Source of the DNA: the human T2T-CHM13v2.0 reference genome, Homo sapiens
Reading direction: 5' to 3' (one strand)
DNA: 64,000 nt
Assembly (NCBI RefSeq): GCF_009914755.1
Contig: NC_060925.1
Below are positions 1-12,971 of this stretch, piece by piece. The position numbers and the translations under genes were made by a program. Position 1 is the stretch's first letter. Each line of letters begins with the position of its first letter. The notes below the pieces were generated by a model. The model was not told the DNA's origin, searched no databases, and saw only the letters and a program-made list of their open reading frames with translations.

Positions 1-1889
1 CCATCAGCCTTGCCATTGTTCATCTTATTTTTCAATTAGTTCAGAACTGGAATGCAGAAAAAAATGTTGTTTATGGTGGGGCAGAGTCTCTCTAAGATTC
101 GTGGCTGGTATTTCAGTTACTGTTTGCCGGATAAATGAATAAATACAGGCATACATTCTAGATTCCAGTTTTGCTTCTCAAAACATTATTTTTCTGATAA
201 GAAGGACTGCAAGATAGCAAGCAAAACTTTTATTGTGTTTAGGTCCAATAAGTCCTATTAAAGGATTAGTAGAACATCTATCAAACATGCTTCTGTGTGC
301 AACTGAGGATCACCCAAAGGGAAAAATAATAATATTGAAAATACAGTAGCTGGTTCCTAAGTCTCTTTTCCAATTGTCATTTCAACTCAAAGACCTAGAG
401 ATGCCAGCTCCCCATCTGTTGCCTCAAGGATGCCAGCTCTGAGCATACAATATGCTTCAGATCTGACATTTTCTGGCCAAAAATCTGCTTCATGAATAAA
501 GAGACCAGTGAAACGGTCAGCCCCTGCTTGTGGTTTGATCATTATTGACATTTTATGTTTATAAAACTTCTTTCTCTCATTGGAACTAGCTCTGTTTCTC
601 TCTCAGACACTGCATTATTCCTTCTACATGATCCTCACCCAGCCTGGTGCTCCTCATTGCCCACTGTCCCCCATACCAGGCTCCTGACACCCTAAAGCCA
701 AGGCCAGAAAGAGCCCCCAGCCTCCACTCCTGGTGCTGCTCTGAGCACCTGTCCTTCTGGTTGTTGGCAGGCTGTGGCGGGGGTGCCACCTCTCCAGGTT
801 GCCTTTCTCAGATTCCTTCTGGTCTGCTGGCCCCTTCCAGGCTGACTTCTGACAGCACCCTTTACAAACCAGCCCAGCCCACATCTGAGCTCTGTGCCTG
901 GCCTGCCTGGCCCACTGCTGACCCTGGTCACCAGACTCCTAATGCCTCAGCCAGTCCTGTCTGTCTTCTCTGGCTATGCATTGCCAGAGACGCCTGGCCC
1001 TGGGGCTTATTGTCCTCTTGTCCTGCCTAGTGCCCCTTACTCCCCAGGGACACCCATGCCCACCAATAGCCTCCTATACAGCAAGCTCTCTCCCTAGTGA
1101 GATGGTCTTCCGGGTCCAGTGGTGCCTCATGGAAGGATCATTTTGTCCCTCTGATCATCCTACCACCAGCCTTCTCCAGCTCATCCTTAGGTGTGTAAGA
1201 GAATGATCTGTTTCAGCCTCGCTTTGTCCCTGGCCTGTGCTCAGCTGCACTGCCCCCGTCAGGAGCCCACCCTGAGCAGGTCAGGGAGTGTTAACAACCT
1301 CATCCCCCCATGATCAGTGGGCTCCAGCATCCGTCTTGTTCTCCAGGCTCCAGTTCTGAGCTGTGAGTGCTTCCTGAGTCAGGCCTCCCCGTCCCTACTT
1401 CCCGTGTGGGCCTCGTCTAGGGATTACAGGTAAGTGCTCTATCTTATGCCAACCCCTATCTGCTGGTAGTGGCTGCCTAGACTGTAATGTTCAGACTGTT
1501 CCTGGGATGATCAGGAAAGAATGAAATGATCAATTAGTGATGTCTACTGTGGCAGCAGCAGTGGAGAGGGTCTATATGTGGAGTGTTTGTCATCCATTTG
1601 ACATAGCTTCTACCTCAGTTTCCCTAAGTAGCTCATATCCTCTTCTGATTCTTAAAGTCCAGCCTGATCTCTAGCCCACCTCACTGGAGCCCCAGTCCCT
1701 TCCATCTGTCCTGGGGAAGTGACCTAAGTGCCTGTCCCTCCCACCCCTGGCTAGGCCCCTGCCCTCAGGGGACTGATCTTGGAACCATGTCACAGTCACT
1801 GTGTGCCCACCCTCAAGTATTCTGGCATGTTCCTCCCCCCTACCACCATGTCCCACTGCAAAACTTGACACTGATTCAAAACCATATCT

Positions 1890-2620
1890 GGATACCACTT
1901 TATACCATTCAGAGGGTGAGAATCAAAAAGTCAGATAATAACCTACGTTGTCGGGGATGTGGAGAAATCAGAACTTTCATGCTCTTCTGGTGAAATATAC
2001 AAAGGTGCAGCTGCTTTGGGAAAGATTCTGGCAGTTTCTCCAATGACTAAACATGGAGTTGTCATATGACCTGGCCATGCCCCTCCTAGGCATGTACCCA
2101 AGAGAAGTGAAAACATATGTCTACACAAAGACTTGTACACAAAGGTTTGTAGCAGCATTGTTGAGAACCAAATGATAGCGACAACCCAAATGCCCAACAA
2201 TGGACAAATGGATGAAAAAGAATTTGCTATATCCATAAGAATAAAATACGACATACGCTGCAGCTTAGATGAACCTTGAAAACATTATGCTAAGTGACAC
2301 AAACCAGTCATAAAAGACCACATATTGTATGATTCCATGTATACAAAAGTCCAGAATTTGGAAATCTATAGAGACAGAATGTAGATTAGTAACTGCCCAG
2401 GGCTGGAGAAGGAATGAAGGGGCAGGGTGGGGAAGTGTTGTTGATAGCCAAAGAATACCAGATTTCTCTTTCTGGTGATGAAAATGATCTAAAATAGACT
2501 GGTGATGGCTGCACACATCTGTGAATATACAAAAAGCCATTGACTTGTACACTACAAATGGGTGAATTATGTTGTACATGAATTATATCCCAAGAAAGTT
2601 GTTTTAAAAAAGAAATAAAC
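1890..2620 (+). mobile_element. L1MB-type LINE-1 3' fragment (ORF2 end + 3' UTR)
   Basis: L1 3' motifs: CCTAGGCATGTACCCAAGAGAAGTGAAAACATATGTCTACACAAAGAC, GATGAACCTTGAAAACATTATGCTAAGTGA; A-rich end near 2605-2620. Confidence 0.85.
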
Positions 2621-5334
2621 AGGCCCTGGTGCTAACATCTGCATAACCCAAGTCTGGGGTACTGGTGGGACCCTGTCTGCCCTGGACTGGGTTGCATCTC
2701 CTACTTTATGCCTGAGGGACTTTTGCACTCAACACCATCCAACTCTAACCTCAGTTCTCAGGAGTGCAAATACAGACACAATCATAAAACACAGCCACAT
2801 AGAGCTGAGAATGGATTCCATGACCTTGGGAACAATGAGGACTATCAGAGCTGATGTTCCTCTCCTGTTGGAAATGCTCTTGCAACTGCTTCCAATGAAG
2901 GCCTTGGCTAAGCCCAGTGGCTTCACTCCCTCCCCAACCCCAGTCTCCTCGAGAGGATCCACCCAGAGCCCCTCCCTGGTCCTGCCCATTGGCTCCCACC
3001 TTGTTTGTCTAGTGCTGGTCACCCTGAGGGGTCTCTGCTGTCTCAGAGACCCTCAGCCAAGCCATTCCCAGCAGCCCCTCTTCCTCCCCAGCCCTTCAAC
3101 ATGGCCACCAGCCAAGGATGTCTGTCTTCATTTGAGTAGACTGGAAGTTACAGAGAAAAAGAAGTGGGGAGGTGAAGACATTCCAAAGATTTAGAGCTGT
3201 GTTTCCCATACTTATTTTTCATCATCACTCCCCTAGGAACTATTTCAGACATTTTTATCTGGCTGTCAAGGTCCCAGCCTCCCATAAAGTTTCAATACCA
3301 CAGATGTACTACATATCTGTTTAGGGACCATAACCCTTTGGAGGGCCACAAAACATTGGCTCTTTTTGACCCCCAAGAACTGATCTTGTCCCCTAAGGAA
3401 CAATATCCCCACTGTTAAGAATGTAAGATATTGTAGAGGGGTCTCCTGGGACTCAAGGCCACAGGGGTCGTAGGCCTGAGGAAGAGGCCATAAGAAGAAG
3501 AAAACGCACTTCTGCTTCTCTCCTCCCACCCTACCTTATCTGTTTACCTGCCCAATTCTTCTCTCTGTTTCTGCAAAGTCACTTTCTTTGCAATGCAGGC
3601 ACATGGAGGAAACCTTGCTCGTTTCTCCCCAGTATTTACATTCACTCTGTTCAAGGATCCATCCCAAACAGAAGCTGGAATCCTTTAGCCTTGATCCCAT
3701 ATGCTCATGGAAGGAATTCCCCTAGCCAAGGTCAGAGACTGTGTCCACTCCTGAGACAATCAATAGGGCCAGTGGGCAGGGTCATTTTGTGCAAAAACAT
3801 CTGCTAGCAATCTGTCACTGCTACCAAGTGGACAGAGAAAAGCAAGTCCTAAAGGAGGGACATGATGCTGCCTTAGAACCCAGTTCCTCCTGACACTGGT
3901 CTTTTCATAGACCCCTTCAAAACCTCACTTGGGTTTTGGCTTTGTTTCCTCCACCCACTCAGGCCTGGGCCTCTCCCAGACACCCTCAAGTCAATTCACA
4001 ATCAACAGGGGCCTGGAGGGCTGTTGGCTCTGACACAAGCAGGGCCTGGTCCACGGCTGAGCTTGGCCAACTGCCTGTCTTTCCTCTCTGCTAATGGTCA
4101 GTGGCATCATGTGGATTTCATCTTCTCTCTCCAGCCCCAGCTCTGAATCTCTGATGTAAGCCATTTCCTTCTGGCAGATTCCTAAAGACCAGTCCTGACC
4201 TCTCCCAACCCACTCTGCACAGGTCCCTTACAGCCAACTGTCTTTCATGCCCAGATGTTGGGCTTGTCTTTTACCTGCATGTAACCTTTGTGCTGCCCAC
4301 CAACCCGCAGCTGTCCTTGCCTTCAAAAATACAACCTGAAAGCAACTACCCTTTCCTAAAAGTTTCCCCATATCCACCCTCCATATCAGTAACACCTTTG
4401 ACGCATACATATCACTCATTATCTCCTGAGGTGAACACTCTCACCTTCTCTCCTCTGCTTGACTGTCCCTCCCGAGGGGTGTCCCATGCTCAGGTGGCTC
4501 CACACGCCTGGCACCCACTGCCCTGTGGTGCTCTCCTTTTGTCCTGATTCTTTCAGGTCACCATGCTTTCCAAGGGGCCACAGCTGCAGGTAGTTTGCAG
4601 AGAATTTGAGCAAAATGTCCTCCAAGCCAGAAACTGGTGAGACGGTAAGAAATGCCAGGAAGTACATGAACAACTCAGTTCTTTCATCCCAGAGAGGTGG
4701 TAGCTGTGCACTTCATCATATTCTGAGCTCTCAAAACCTTGATACCCCAACTTGAATGGGAAAAGTGGGCCCTTCCCAGCAGGGGTGCCGATGCTCACTT
4801 GTCTCTTAGTTTTTTATATTCAGTTTGTAGGAGCCAGCGGAAGCTAAGCAGCAGTGGGAGGTGGAAACAGATGCAGTCACCTTTAGAATTAAGTTTTAGC
4901 AAAGTAGCCCTTGCCTGCACAGCCAGGCAAAAATGGTCATGATCAGATAACAGCAAATCCTTCCTTCCACCCCAGCTTCACAAGTGCTGTCAGATTCACA
5001 GGCAGCTACGTCTTCTCATGAGGGGAGTAATAAATGGAACATGTGCAAAATGATTTTATCAAGAGCCTCTCAGATGATGGCCACAGAGGACGGGACTCCA
5101 AGATGTGAGTTGAAGCCCACCCTTAAACTTTCAATGTGAGGGCACCCCCTTCCTTGTCCTCCCAGCCTCTGCCGCATCTCCTGCCTCTGTTTCTCTCCCT
5201 TCTGCCTCTGCACACCGCCTTCGTCTGCTCTGTCTTCATCTTGGTAACCCCCCTAGGTACCTCTCAATGTGGCTACCTGGCCCTCAAAATGCCCCCTTCT
5301 CTGGGAAGACACCTAAAACTCAAGGTGAGCCCCC

Positions 5335-5600
5335 AGGAATTATTTCTGCCCATGTGATCTTGCCCCTGGTTGGAACTGATTGTCCCAAGGGTAGACACCT
5401 GACCCAAGTTGAGCCAGCCGGTTTCTCATGCAAATTTGAACTCAGAAAGGGAAGACACAATGAATAGTTTAGAACGTTAGTGGCAGCCCAGGAGATCCTA
5501 CTGCTCTGTGTCTCAAGCTGTCTCAGTTCCTTTCTTTCCTGGGTCAGCTGGAATTATTTAACCTTACTAAACGTTTGCTTAACAGTTAGAGTCTGTCAAC
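5335..5600 (+). mobile_element. Old MaLR LTR fragment (MLT1K/L-like)
   Basis: CTGATTGTCCCAAGGGTAGACACCTGACCCAAGTTGAGCCA resembles the MLT1K-group core; highly diverged. Confidence 0.45.
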
Positions 5601-5639
5601 CAGAGACAAAAGCACTATGAAGCTAACAGAACCATTTTC

Positions 5640-5900
5640 TCCATGTCTGTATTCCAGATTCCCCCACGAGAGAATTGGATTGGCTCAACCTCACCTCTGG
5701 AATGGTTTCTCCTGGGCCAGTGTCCACCCCAAGGCCAATCTGCTGTGGCTGGGTGAGGGTGGGGTGCAGAGCCCCTTAGAAACTTGGCTACAGCAGCCTA
5801 TCCTTAGGAGTTATTGGGGGCAGCTCAGTGCTGAGGAAGGAAGACACCTTTTCAGTGAGCTGGGAAAGTCTCCCCATGAAGGATCTCCCACGGTGAGATT
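5640..5900 (-). mobile_element. Old MaLR LTR fragment (MLT1K/L-like)
   Basis: GAGAGAATTGGATTGGCTCAAC...GTGTCCACCCCAAGGCCAATCTGCTGTGGC, the same core in reverse orientation. Confidence 0.45.
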
Positions 5901-6579
5901 AGGCAGGGGGCCCCAGCACAGATGAGATTGGTAGAGAATCTGACCTGCCTGAGGCAAGAGCTCATGATGAAGATTAGTGAGAGTCCAGCCTCCATTGAGT
6001 CATGGAAAGCTTTCCTGCTGCAGATGGAAAGGTTTCCTAGAATTCTGTCTCCAATCAACTGCAAATCTTCTAACGTGGGAGCATTGGTACCTTATGGCCA
6101 CAGAGACGTGCGATTAAGGCAGAGGATGGCTGTGCTGGCTAGCATGTTTCCATAAGAGATAACTTATTGGTTATTCAGAGGTCCGTCCAAAGCTGTGAGT
6201 CTAATTAGCTCTAATATCCTCTTTGCAGCAAAACCTAATGTGAAAACACATTTGGTTAATTAGCCTTGTGAAAATAACGCTCCCCACTTCTGCCCCAGCC
6301 TCCAGGTCTCTTCACTAGGCAGCCAGAGCCACGGCGTCCTGGGGAGAGCCAAGGCCCTGACTCTCTAATAACACAAGTGGACTCCTGGGAGCCCTTGCTC
6401 CACCCCTGGACTCCAGAGAATTGAGCTGTTTCTTCTCATCCTCTCCTCCTCTCCTCCTGGCTGAGACTTGCAGAGATGGATAGCAGCACAGTGTCTGACC
6501 TAGAAGGGCCACTGCGAAGCACCTCTTCATTTGATTTTATCTATCTATCCATTGATTGATCCATCTATCCATTATCTAT

Positions 6580-7400
6580 TTTTCTTGTGGTACAACATAC
6601 AATTTACCCTCTTTTTTGGAGACAGGGTCTCATTCTGTCATCCAGGCTGGAGTGCAGTGGTGTGATCATAGCTTGCTGAAGCCTGAACTTTCTGGGATCA
6701 AGAGATCCTCCCACCTCAGCCTCCCTAGTAGCTGGGGTTACAGATGCCCACCACTATGCCCAGCTAATTTTTTATTATTATTATTTTTTGTAGAGACAAG
6801 GTCTCCTTATGTTGCCCAGGCTGATCTTGAACTCCTGGGCTCAAACTATCTTCCTGCCTCCACCTGCCAAAGTGCTGGGATTGCAGGCATGAGCCACCAC
6901 ACCTGGCCAAATTTACCCTTTTAACCATTTGTAAGTATACAATTCAGTGGTATTAAGTACATTCACATTATTGACCAACCATCACCACAATCCCACCCAG
7001 AAATTTTTTTTCATCCCTAACAGAAACTCTGTATCCATTAAATACTAACTGCTGTGTAATAAATGTAGAATTAAATATAAATTCCATGTTATCCACTCCT
7101 GATATCCTAGCCCCTGATAACCACTATTCTACTTTCTGATTCTAAGAATTTGCCTATTCTAGGCATTTCATATAAGTGGAATCATATAATCTTTGTCCTT
7201 TTGTGACTGGTTTATTTCACTTAGAAAAATGTCTTCAAGTTCATCTGTGTGGTAGCATGTGTCAGAATATCCTTCCTTTTCAAGGCTGTGTGTATATACC
7301 ACAGTTTGTTTATCCAGGCATCTGTGGATGGATATTTAGATTATTTCCATTTTTGCTGTTTGTAAATAATGCCACTGTGAATCTTGGTCTACAGGTTTAT
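6580..7400 (-). mobile_element. L1M (L1MA/L1MB-type) 3' fragment, interrupted by an Alu
   Basis: Antisense L1 3' UTR motifs AAGTATACAATTCAGTGGTATTAAGTACATTCAC and TTCATATAAGTGGAATCATA. Confidence 0.8.
6611..6908 (-). mobile_element. AluJ
   Basis: Full dimeric antisense Alu; TSD AATTTACCCT at 6601-6610 and 6910-6919. Confidence 0.95.
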
Positions 7401-7950
7401 TAATTTTAATGTTTTATTACACAGGTAGCCCATGCTTATTGTAGAAAAATTAGAAAATGCAGATAATTAGAAAAGAAAAGCAAAGTCATCCTTAACCTCA
7501 TCGTGGAGAGGTAACACTATGAACATTCAGTGTTTGTCCTTCCAAATGTTCTCTCATACTCCTTCAGGCTCTTCCTACATCTAGATATTCATATAGATGT
7601 AGCTATATTTGTAAACCAGATAGAAGTTCACTAAACATATCAGTTTTTGAAAACTACTTTTTAAACTTATTTTATCATGCATGACATCTCCATGTCTCCC
7701 TCTTCCTCTCTGATAGGTAGGCCAACCTGAATAGATACAGACAGTGCTACCTAAGCTAAAAGACTGCATTTTAATCTATTGTGCGGGTGTACCATTATGT
7801 GAAGTACCAGCATGTAATTTGCTAGTTTTGCAGGGTTGTTGGACACCGATTATTTTCAATGTTTTGCAATTACAAGCAACGCCATTGTGCATCCCTGTAG
7901 CTGAGTCATTGTGTATAGCCTTTAGCTATTCTCTTAGGATAAATTCCTAA
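7400..7950 (-). mobile_element. Very old L1 (L1ME-like) fragment
   Basis: CATGCTTATTGTAGAAAAATTAGAAAATGCAG and TTCTCTTAGGATAAATTCCTA, typical of antisense L1ME; diverged. Confidence 0.5.
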
Positions 7951-9199
7951 GCAAAAATAATTGAGAACATCCTCATTTTACAAATATGGAAAAGAGTATT
8001 GATGTAAAGTGACTTGCCCAAACTTCCATGAGCATAATTTCGTCATTATGCAGTTTATGTCATAAATGCAATGTATGTTTGCAGATCTCCTTTTGGGGTC
8101 TATCAGGAGCCAAAATCTTCATATTTACTGATCAGAGCCCCCTACCATGCTGACCCTCCTGAGCCCATCCTCCCCAGGGTCACTCCCTGGATCCTTCCAC
8201 TGCTCCCCCTTGGGAGCTCAGTGTGTGCCAGGGTTTACCTGATCCACCAGTTTACACTGTGGTGAGGTGTCCATGGTTACTGGGGGTACCCCTTCAGCAG
8301 AGACAGCATTGACTAAAGATTCTTGGAGGGTGCATATATTTAAGGCAAGGATAAGCAAACCCAGGGATTTGGTTTCTGGAATTTCGGGCATGCTTTTATT
8401 GCACTGAAGTGTGTGCTCAATAAATACTTGTTAAAATAAAAAGGAAGGAAGAAAAAAAGAGGGAAAGAAGGAAGGGAAGCAGGGAGGGAGGAAACCTGGA
8501 CCCTAATTCCGCCCCTTCCTAGTCTTGTGCCCCCATACTTCACCCCACTGTTGCCCCACCTTTCCCCCAAGTTGAGTTAAAATGGGTTTTCCTAATGAAG
8601 AGACTGCCAGGGAAGGGAGACAGAGAATCAGCTCCGTCTCTTTCCAAAGCTCCACATTCATTAAGCCATGAGCTTGGAAGTGCAGAGTGATTTATTGGAC
8701 TCTGAGCAGCCATCAGTTAGAGCAGCATGATGAATTAAGTTGGTAATGCATTGAAGGCAAAGCCCTAATGCACTATGAGGTTCTAGCTTGGAGAATTTAT
8801 GGAGATAAAATTGTAACTATAGAAGGAAAGTGGGAAAATTGGCCTGAATGTGGGAGAAACCGGGGAGGGAAGACTGACTCTTGAGGTAGTCCCTACACCC
8901 AAACAACTTCCCCACAGGCCTTTTGCTGATTTAAACGATCCATGCCCAACTGGCATCTGTGAGTTTGTACCACACAGATTCTAAATGACCCCTGCCTCCC
9001 AGCAGAAGCCTGGGGTCACATAACTGCAGTGTCTGATGAGCCTGGCACCCCTTTCATGTGGCCTCCACCACGAAAGGCACCATGATGACTCATTAGACTC
9101 CTCAGCAGACTGTAAACCCCTGGGGGGCAGACACCGTTTCTCCCACAATGGGACACAATCTTTGTTCCCTCTGTGTTTGTTGAAGAAACGAGTAATTCA

Positions 9200-9540
9200 C
9201 ACTTCATTCATTTACTCGATAAATGCAAATTTGAGTCACTTACAAAGTACCTATAACCCAAAGCTGAATGTGACGATCCCACAGGAAGGTGCAAAGAGCT
9301 GTGCAGGTTCAGAGGATAAAGTAAAGATCACACCGGGGATCCATGAAACCTACATGGAGAAGGTGGCATTGAGTGGGGGTCTTAAAGGATGGGTGAGATT
9401 TCATTCAGTGGATGTGAGGCTGGAGGACATTCTAGATCAGGAATGTCATCCCCTTGAGTCTAGGCTATTTCAGTAGAATTGTTGGAGAAATGAAAGGAAG
9501 GTAGCCTGGATCCAGAATGTGCTCTGGGACATCCTGTATA
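9200..9540 (-). mobile_element. L2 3' fragment
   Basis: TTCATTCATTTACTC tail, and GGAGAAGGTGGCATTGAGTGGGGGTCTTAAAGGATGGGTGAGATTT. Confidence 0.5.
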
Positions 9541-9669
9541 TGATGGGACAGAATGTTTGAAGTTGCTACAATCTATCCTAATTATGTATGAATTCACATA
9601 GGTACAGCTGTGCTTTACAGAGATGCAGATTTATATAGATATGTATTACATATGCGCGTGTATCATAGT

Positions 9670-9800
9670 TTACAAAGAGCTCCCAAACAGCTCTAGAGAA
9701 TAGTTAAATTTAATTATATCCATGTCACAGATGGGGAAGTTGAGGCCAAGCAAGCTAAAGTGACTTGCACAAGAAGAATAAGCAGCCCCAAACTTCTTTA
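9670..9800 (-). mobile_element. MIR fragment
   Basis: MIR core CCATGTCACAGATGGGGAAGTTGAGGCC...AAGTGACTTGC. Confidence 0.55.
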
Positions 9801-10644
9801 AGCCCATTGTCCTGCACACCTTAGCACACAATGCCTAGCAAAGATGACTGAAATGAGCGCAGGGGACAAGCTAAAGGGTGTGTGTCATTGTCCATGTGTA
9901 TAAGCCAGCCAACAAATATAGGTGCAACATCAGTTCCAACTCAAATGTCATTGGTGCCTGTCCCCACTTACTCAACCAGGTCCTCTCTGTCCCGTTACAC
10001 CCAGGAGCCCCCATGGTTGTGCACCAGCGCAGCTACACTCTGGCCTGTCTGTTCTCTCCAACACTAGCCCTGCTATCAGCATCCTGGCTTCCAACTCTGT
10101 CCCAGCACTTTGTCATCCTGGGGACCCCGGGAGCCTGCTTTATGCCCTGAGCCTCAGAGGCTCTCCCTCTCCCCACAGTCCCTTCCCCACAGCTGGCAGA
10201 AGTTCTTGGGCTCTGGGTCCAAAGCACAATGTCCACAGCAGTTACCACACCCCTCTCCCTCCCATGGTTCTTCTCTTCATTACCCTATTCCCCTTCCTTC
10301 AGGCCCCTTACCCACAAATGAATCAGCATCACAGAGAGCCTCCTCCCTGTCTCTCATCAAGCACACCTGACAGTGACTTCCAGGACTGGGCACGACTTAG
10401 GCATAAACCAGGACTTCTTGGGGGTGTGTGTGTTATTAATGGATGTTTACACACACATTACAATCCCAAATTAAAAGTTTTTTTTTAAGATGGCTGTTGT
10501 TACTCAGGATACAACTTCCCCAAGAACAGTTCTAATAATTAGTAGTCAGGCCTTCAGAAATTCATTTAATCTATAATGCTGAACTATAGTTAAATATTGA
10601 CTTAGTATTATTAGTATGGATTTAGTGCTGACTCCTGGGATCAA

Positions 10645-10828
10645 GGAGGCAGCAAGAGAAAAGGAGAAAAAGGAAAAGGAGGCAGCAAAGGAAGAAGAGG
10701 AGGAGAGGGAGGAGGAAGAGGTAGAAGACAATAAGGAGGAGAAGGCAGAAAAGGAGGAGAAGGAGGAAGATGGGGAGAAGGGAAAAGAGGAAAAGGAAGA
10801 GAAGAGGAGAAGGAGGAGGGGAGAAAGG
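10645..10828. repeat. GA-rich low-complexity (GAG/GAA) tract
   Basis: Almost pure purine run of GAGGAG/GAAAAG words. Confidence 0.9.
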
Positions 10829-10879
10829 GTTGGGGGACCCTTCCTGCACCCCTCTCCAGCTATACCTTGTGCCCCTCAG

Positions 10880-12610
10880 GCTCTCACAGCAAACCTTGGA
10901 AGTATTGTCTGTAGACATTATTTCTACTTTCTCGATTCCTGTCTCTTCTCAGCTGACTTCAGTGAGCGTGTCATCCCCAGCACTCTGCTGGAACTAACTG
11001 CCCCGTCAAGGTCTCCAATGGTGGCCGTCTGGCCCACGTTCCTGTCCTCATCTTACCTGACCTCTTGGAGGCATTTGACATTACTGGCCAAGCCTTCCTT
11101 CTGGAAACAATTTCCTCTCTGCCTCACTTGGTACATGCCCTGACAGCTGCTGTTCTTCACCCCTCCCTGCAGGCACACCTTTCACCAAGTGACTTTGCAG
11201 CTCCTCTTATCAAAGAGGGGCGTCTATTTCCCACTCCCCTTAACTTTGGTTTCGCAGTATGACTTGCTCTGATCAATGGAGGGCTAGCCAGTGTGCTGTG
11301 ACTAAAGACTTGAAAAGTCTCTGCTGTCTCGCACCTCTGCCATCACCATGAGAAGAATCCACTGGTCCCGGGAGAAAAATGAGAGATGTGCACGGCAGAA
11401 CGGAGCCAGCATGGATGAGCCAAGGCCCAACTAAACCAGACTGGTAAGTGAAGTAAACGCTCATCCTCACACATCATGGAGGTTTGGGGGTTGTTTTTTA
11501 CACACCAAGAGTTGACAATTACTGCTTCCACAGAACCACTCTCAACTTCTACCTCATTGCCAGCCATTCTGAGCTTTCTTTTTGACCCCCTACCTGCCAC
11601 CCCAGGCCTCTACATCTTGAGAAACCCCGGAGCTCTGTCCTCAGCCTGTTCCTCTTCTTTATCCACAGTCTCCTCCCAAGTGAGCTCATGCAGGGTCGTG
11701 GCTTTAAACTCTGTGCTAATGACTCTCCAATTTATAGCCTGGCATTCTCCTGAACTCCACATCAGCATGGCCAGCTGTCTTAATGTAAAAATCTCAGGGG
11801 AGGAACAGCCAAGAGCAGGCTGGAGGATGTGCAGCCTTCTCAGATGCCTTCTCTCATACCCAAGATGGCCAAAATCTAATAGCTGGTCCTCCACCTAACC
11901 CCTCCTTCCACCAAACTCACTCTCCACACAACATGTCCTGATCTCAGTAAATGACACCATTTAGTGGCTCACATGAAAAACTTGTTTTCAAGTTTTCCTT
12001 CCTTTTTGTCTTCCCTCACACCCATACTGAATTCATTGTTAGTCATATAGTCTGTACCTCTAGAGCCTTTCGCAAGTCTGACCACTTCTCATGATCATCA
12101 GCGCTGCTACATCCCAATACAAGCCACCATCACCACTCCTGGTCTCTCAACCTCGACCCTTGCCTGCTGATAATCCATATTTCATGCAGCATAATCACAT
12201 CTCTCCCTTTCAGTTTTCATTAGGATTGAATATGCCCTGCCCTCCTTCCTGGGGCCTGCCAGCCCTCCTCGCTGTCCGTCCTAGTCTTGCCTCCTGCTCC
12301 CCCCGGCCCTCCCTCGCTCCCTCCCTCTGTCCCTCAGCTCCTTCACACCCTCCAGCCTGCTCCTGGCTGTTCCTCCCCCTAGATTTTTACATGGTGGCTT
12401 GTTCCTCCTCACCCACACCTCCATCTAAATGCTCCCGCTACGAGTGGTGCTCCCTGACTAAAGTGGCTCCCCATCCCCCACCTCATTGACCTGTATTCTG
12501 TCCCTGCAGCATCTGCCAGTGCCCATGGTACCCATGGACTTTACTCGCCTGTTGCCTGCCTTCCTTCATAGAGTGTAGGAATCCCTGGAGGGCTGCCCTA
12601 AAAATGGGCC
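10880..12610 (+). mobile_element. L2 ORF2 (reverse transcriptase)/3' relic, interrupted by an MLT1 LTR
   Basis: 11047-11120 reads LILPDLLEAFDITGQAFLLETISSL (L2 RT motif LxLLDLSAAFDTVDH..LLETL); ~11713 reads CANDSPIY (degenerate YADDSQIY). Confidence 0.75.
11145..11525 (+). mobile_element. MLT1-family MaLR LTR inserted in L2
   Basis: GTGACTTTGCAGCTCCTCTTATCAAAGAGG...TGACTTGCTCTGATCAATGG, with 3' end GAGGTTTGGGGGTTGTTTTTTACAC. Confidence 0.6.
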
Positions 12611-12632
12611 CTGGAGTATCATTTTTGATTGA

Positions 12633-12748
12633 TAGGAGGAGGAAGGAGCGGAGGGGAAGGAGAAGAAGGAAAGAGAAGAGAAAAGAGCGATGGAGTTGGA
12701 GGAGTAGGAGAAAGTGCGGGGAGGAGGACAAGGGAGGGGAAGAGGAGG
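12633..12748. repeat. GA-rich low-complexity tract
   Basis: Purine-rich GGAGGA/GAAGAG words. Confidence 0.8.
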
Positions 12749-12971
12749 TTCTCCTCCTTCCTGGGCACGAGGCTATGGCTTCCAGCCTCCTCTTCTGTCC
12801 CTCCCTGCCACTTACTAGAAGAAATCTGCCCAGGCCCCGGAGTGACCCAAGGTCACCACGTTCCCCGCAGTGGCCCCAGTCAGTCCTTCATCTCCCGCAG
12901 GTGCTCGTGCATTCCCCAAGCGCTCCCTCACATGCCCATGCTCAGCCCCAATACTCTCCATACTCTCTGGT

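Noticed and set aside
600-3000. Possible ERVL internal relic around the L1 (weak GHGIHS integrase-like word in the 2751-2999 ORF)
   Set aside because: The similarity is too weak to support by eye and would need a profile HMM search.
10616-11143. 175-aa Glu/Lys-rich ORF
   Set aside because: It is a translation of a GA-rich tract running into an L2 relic.
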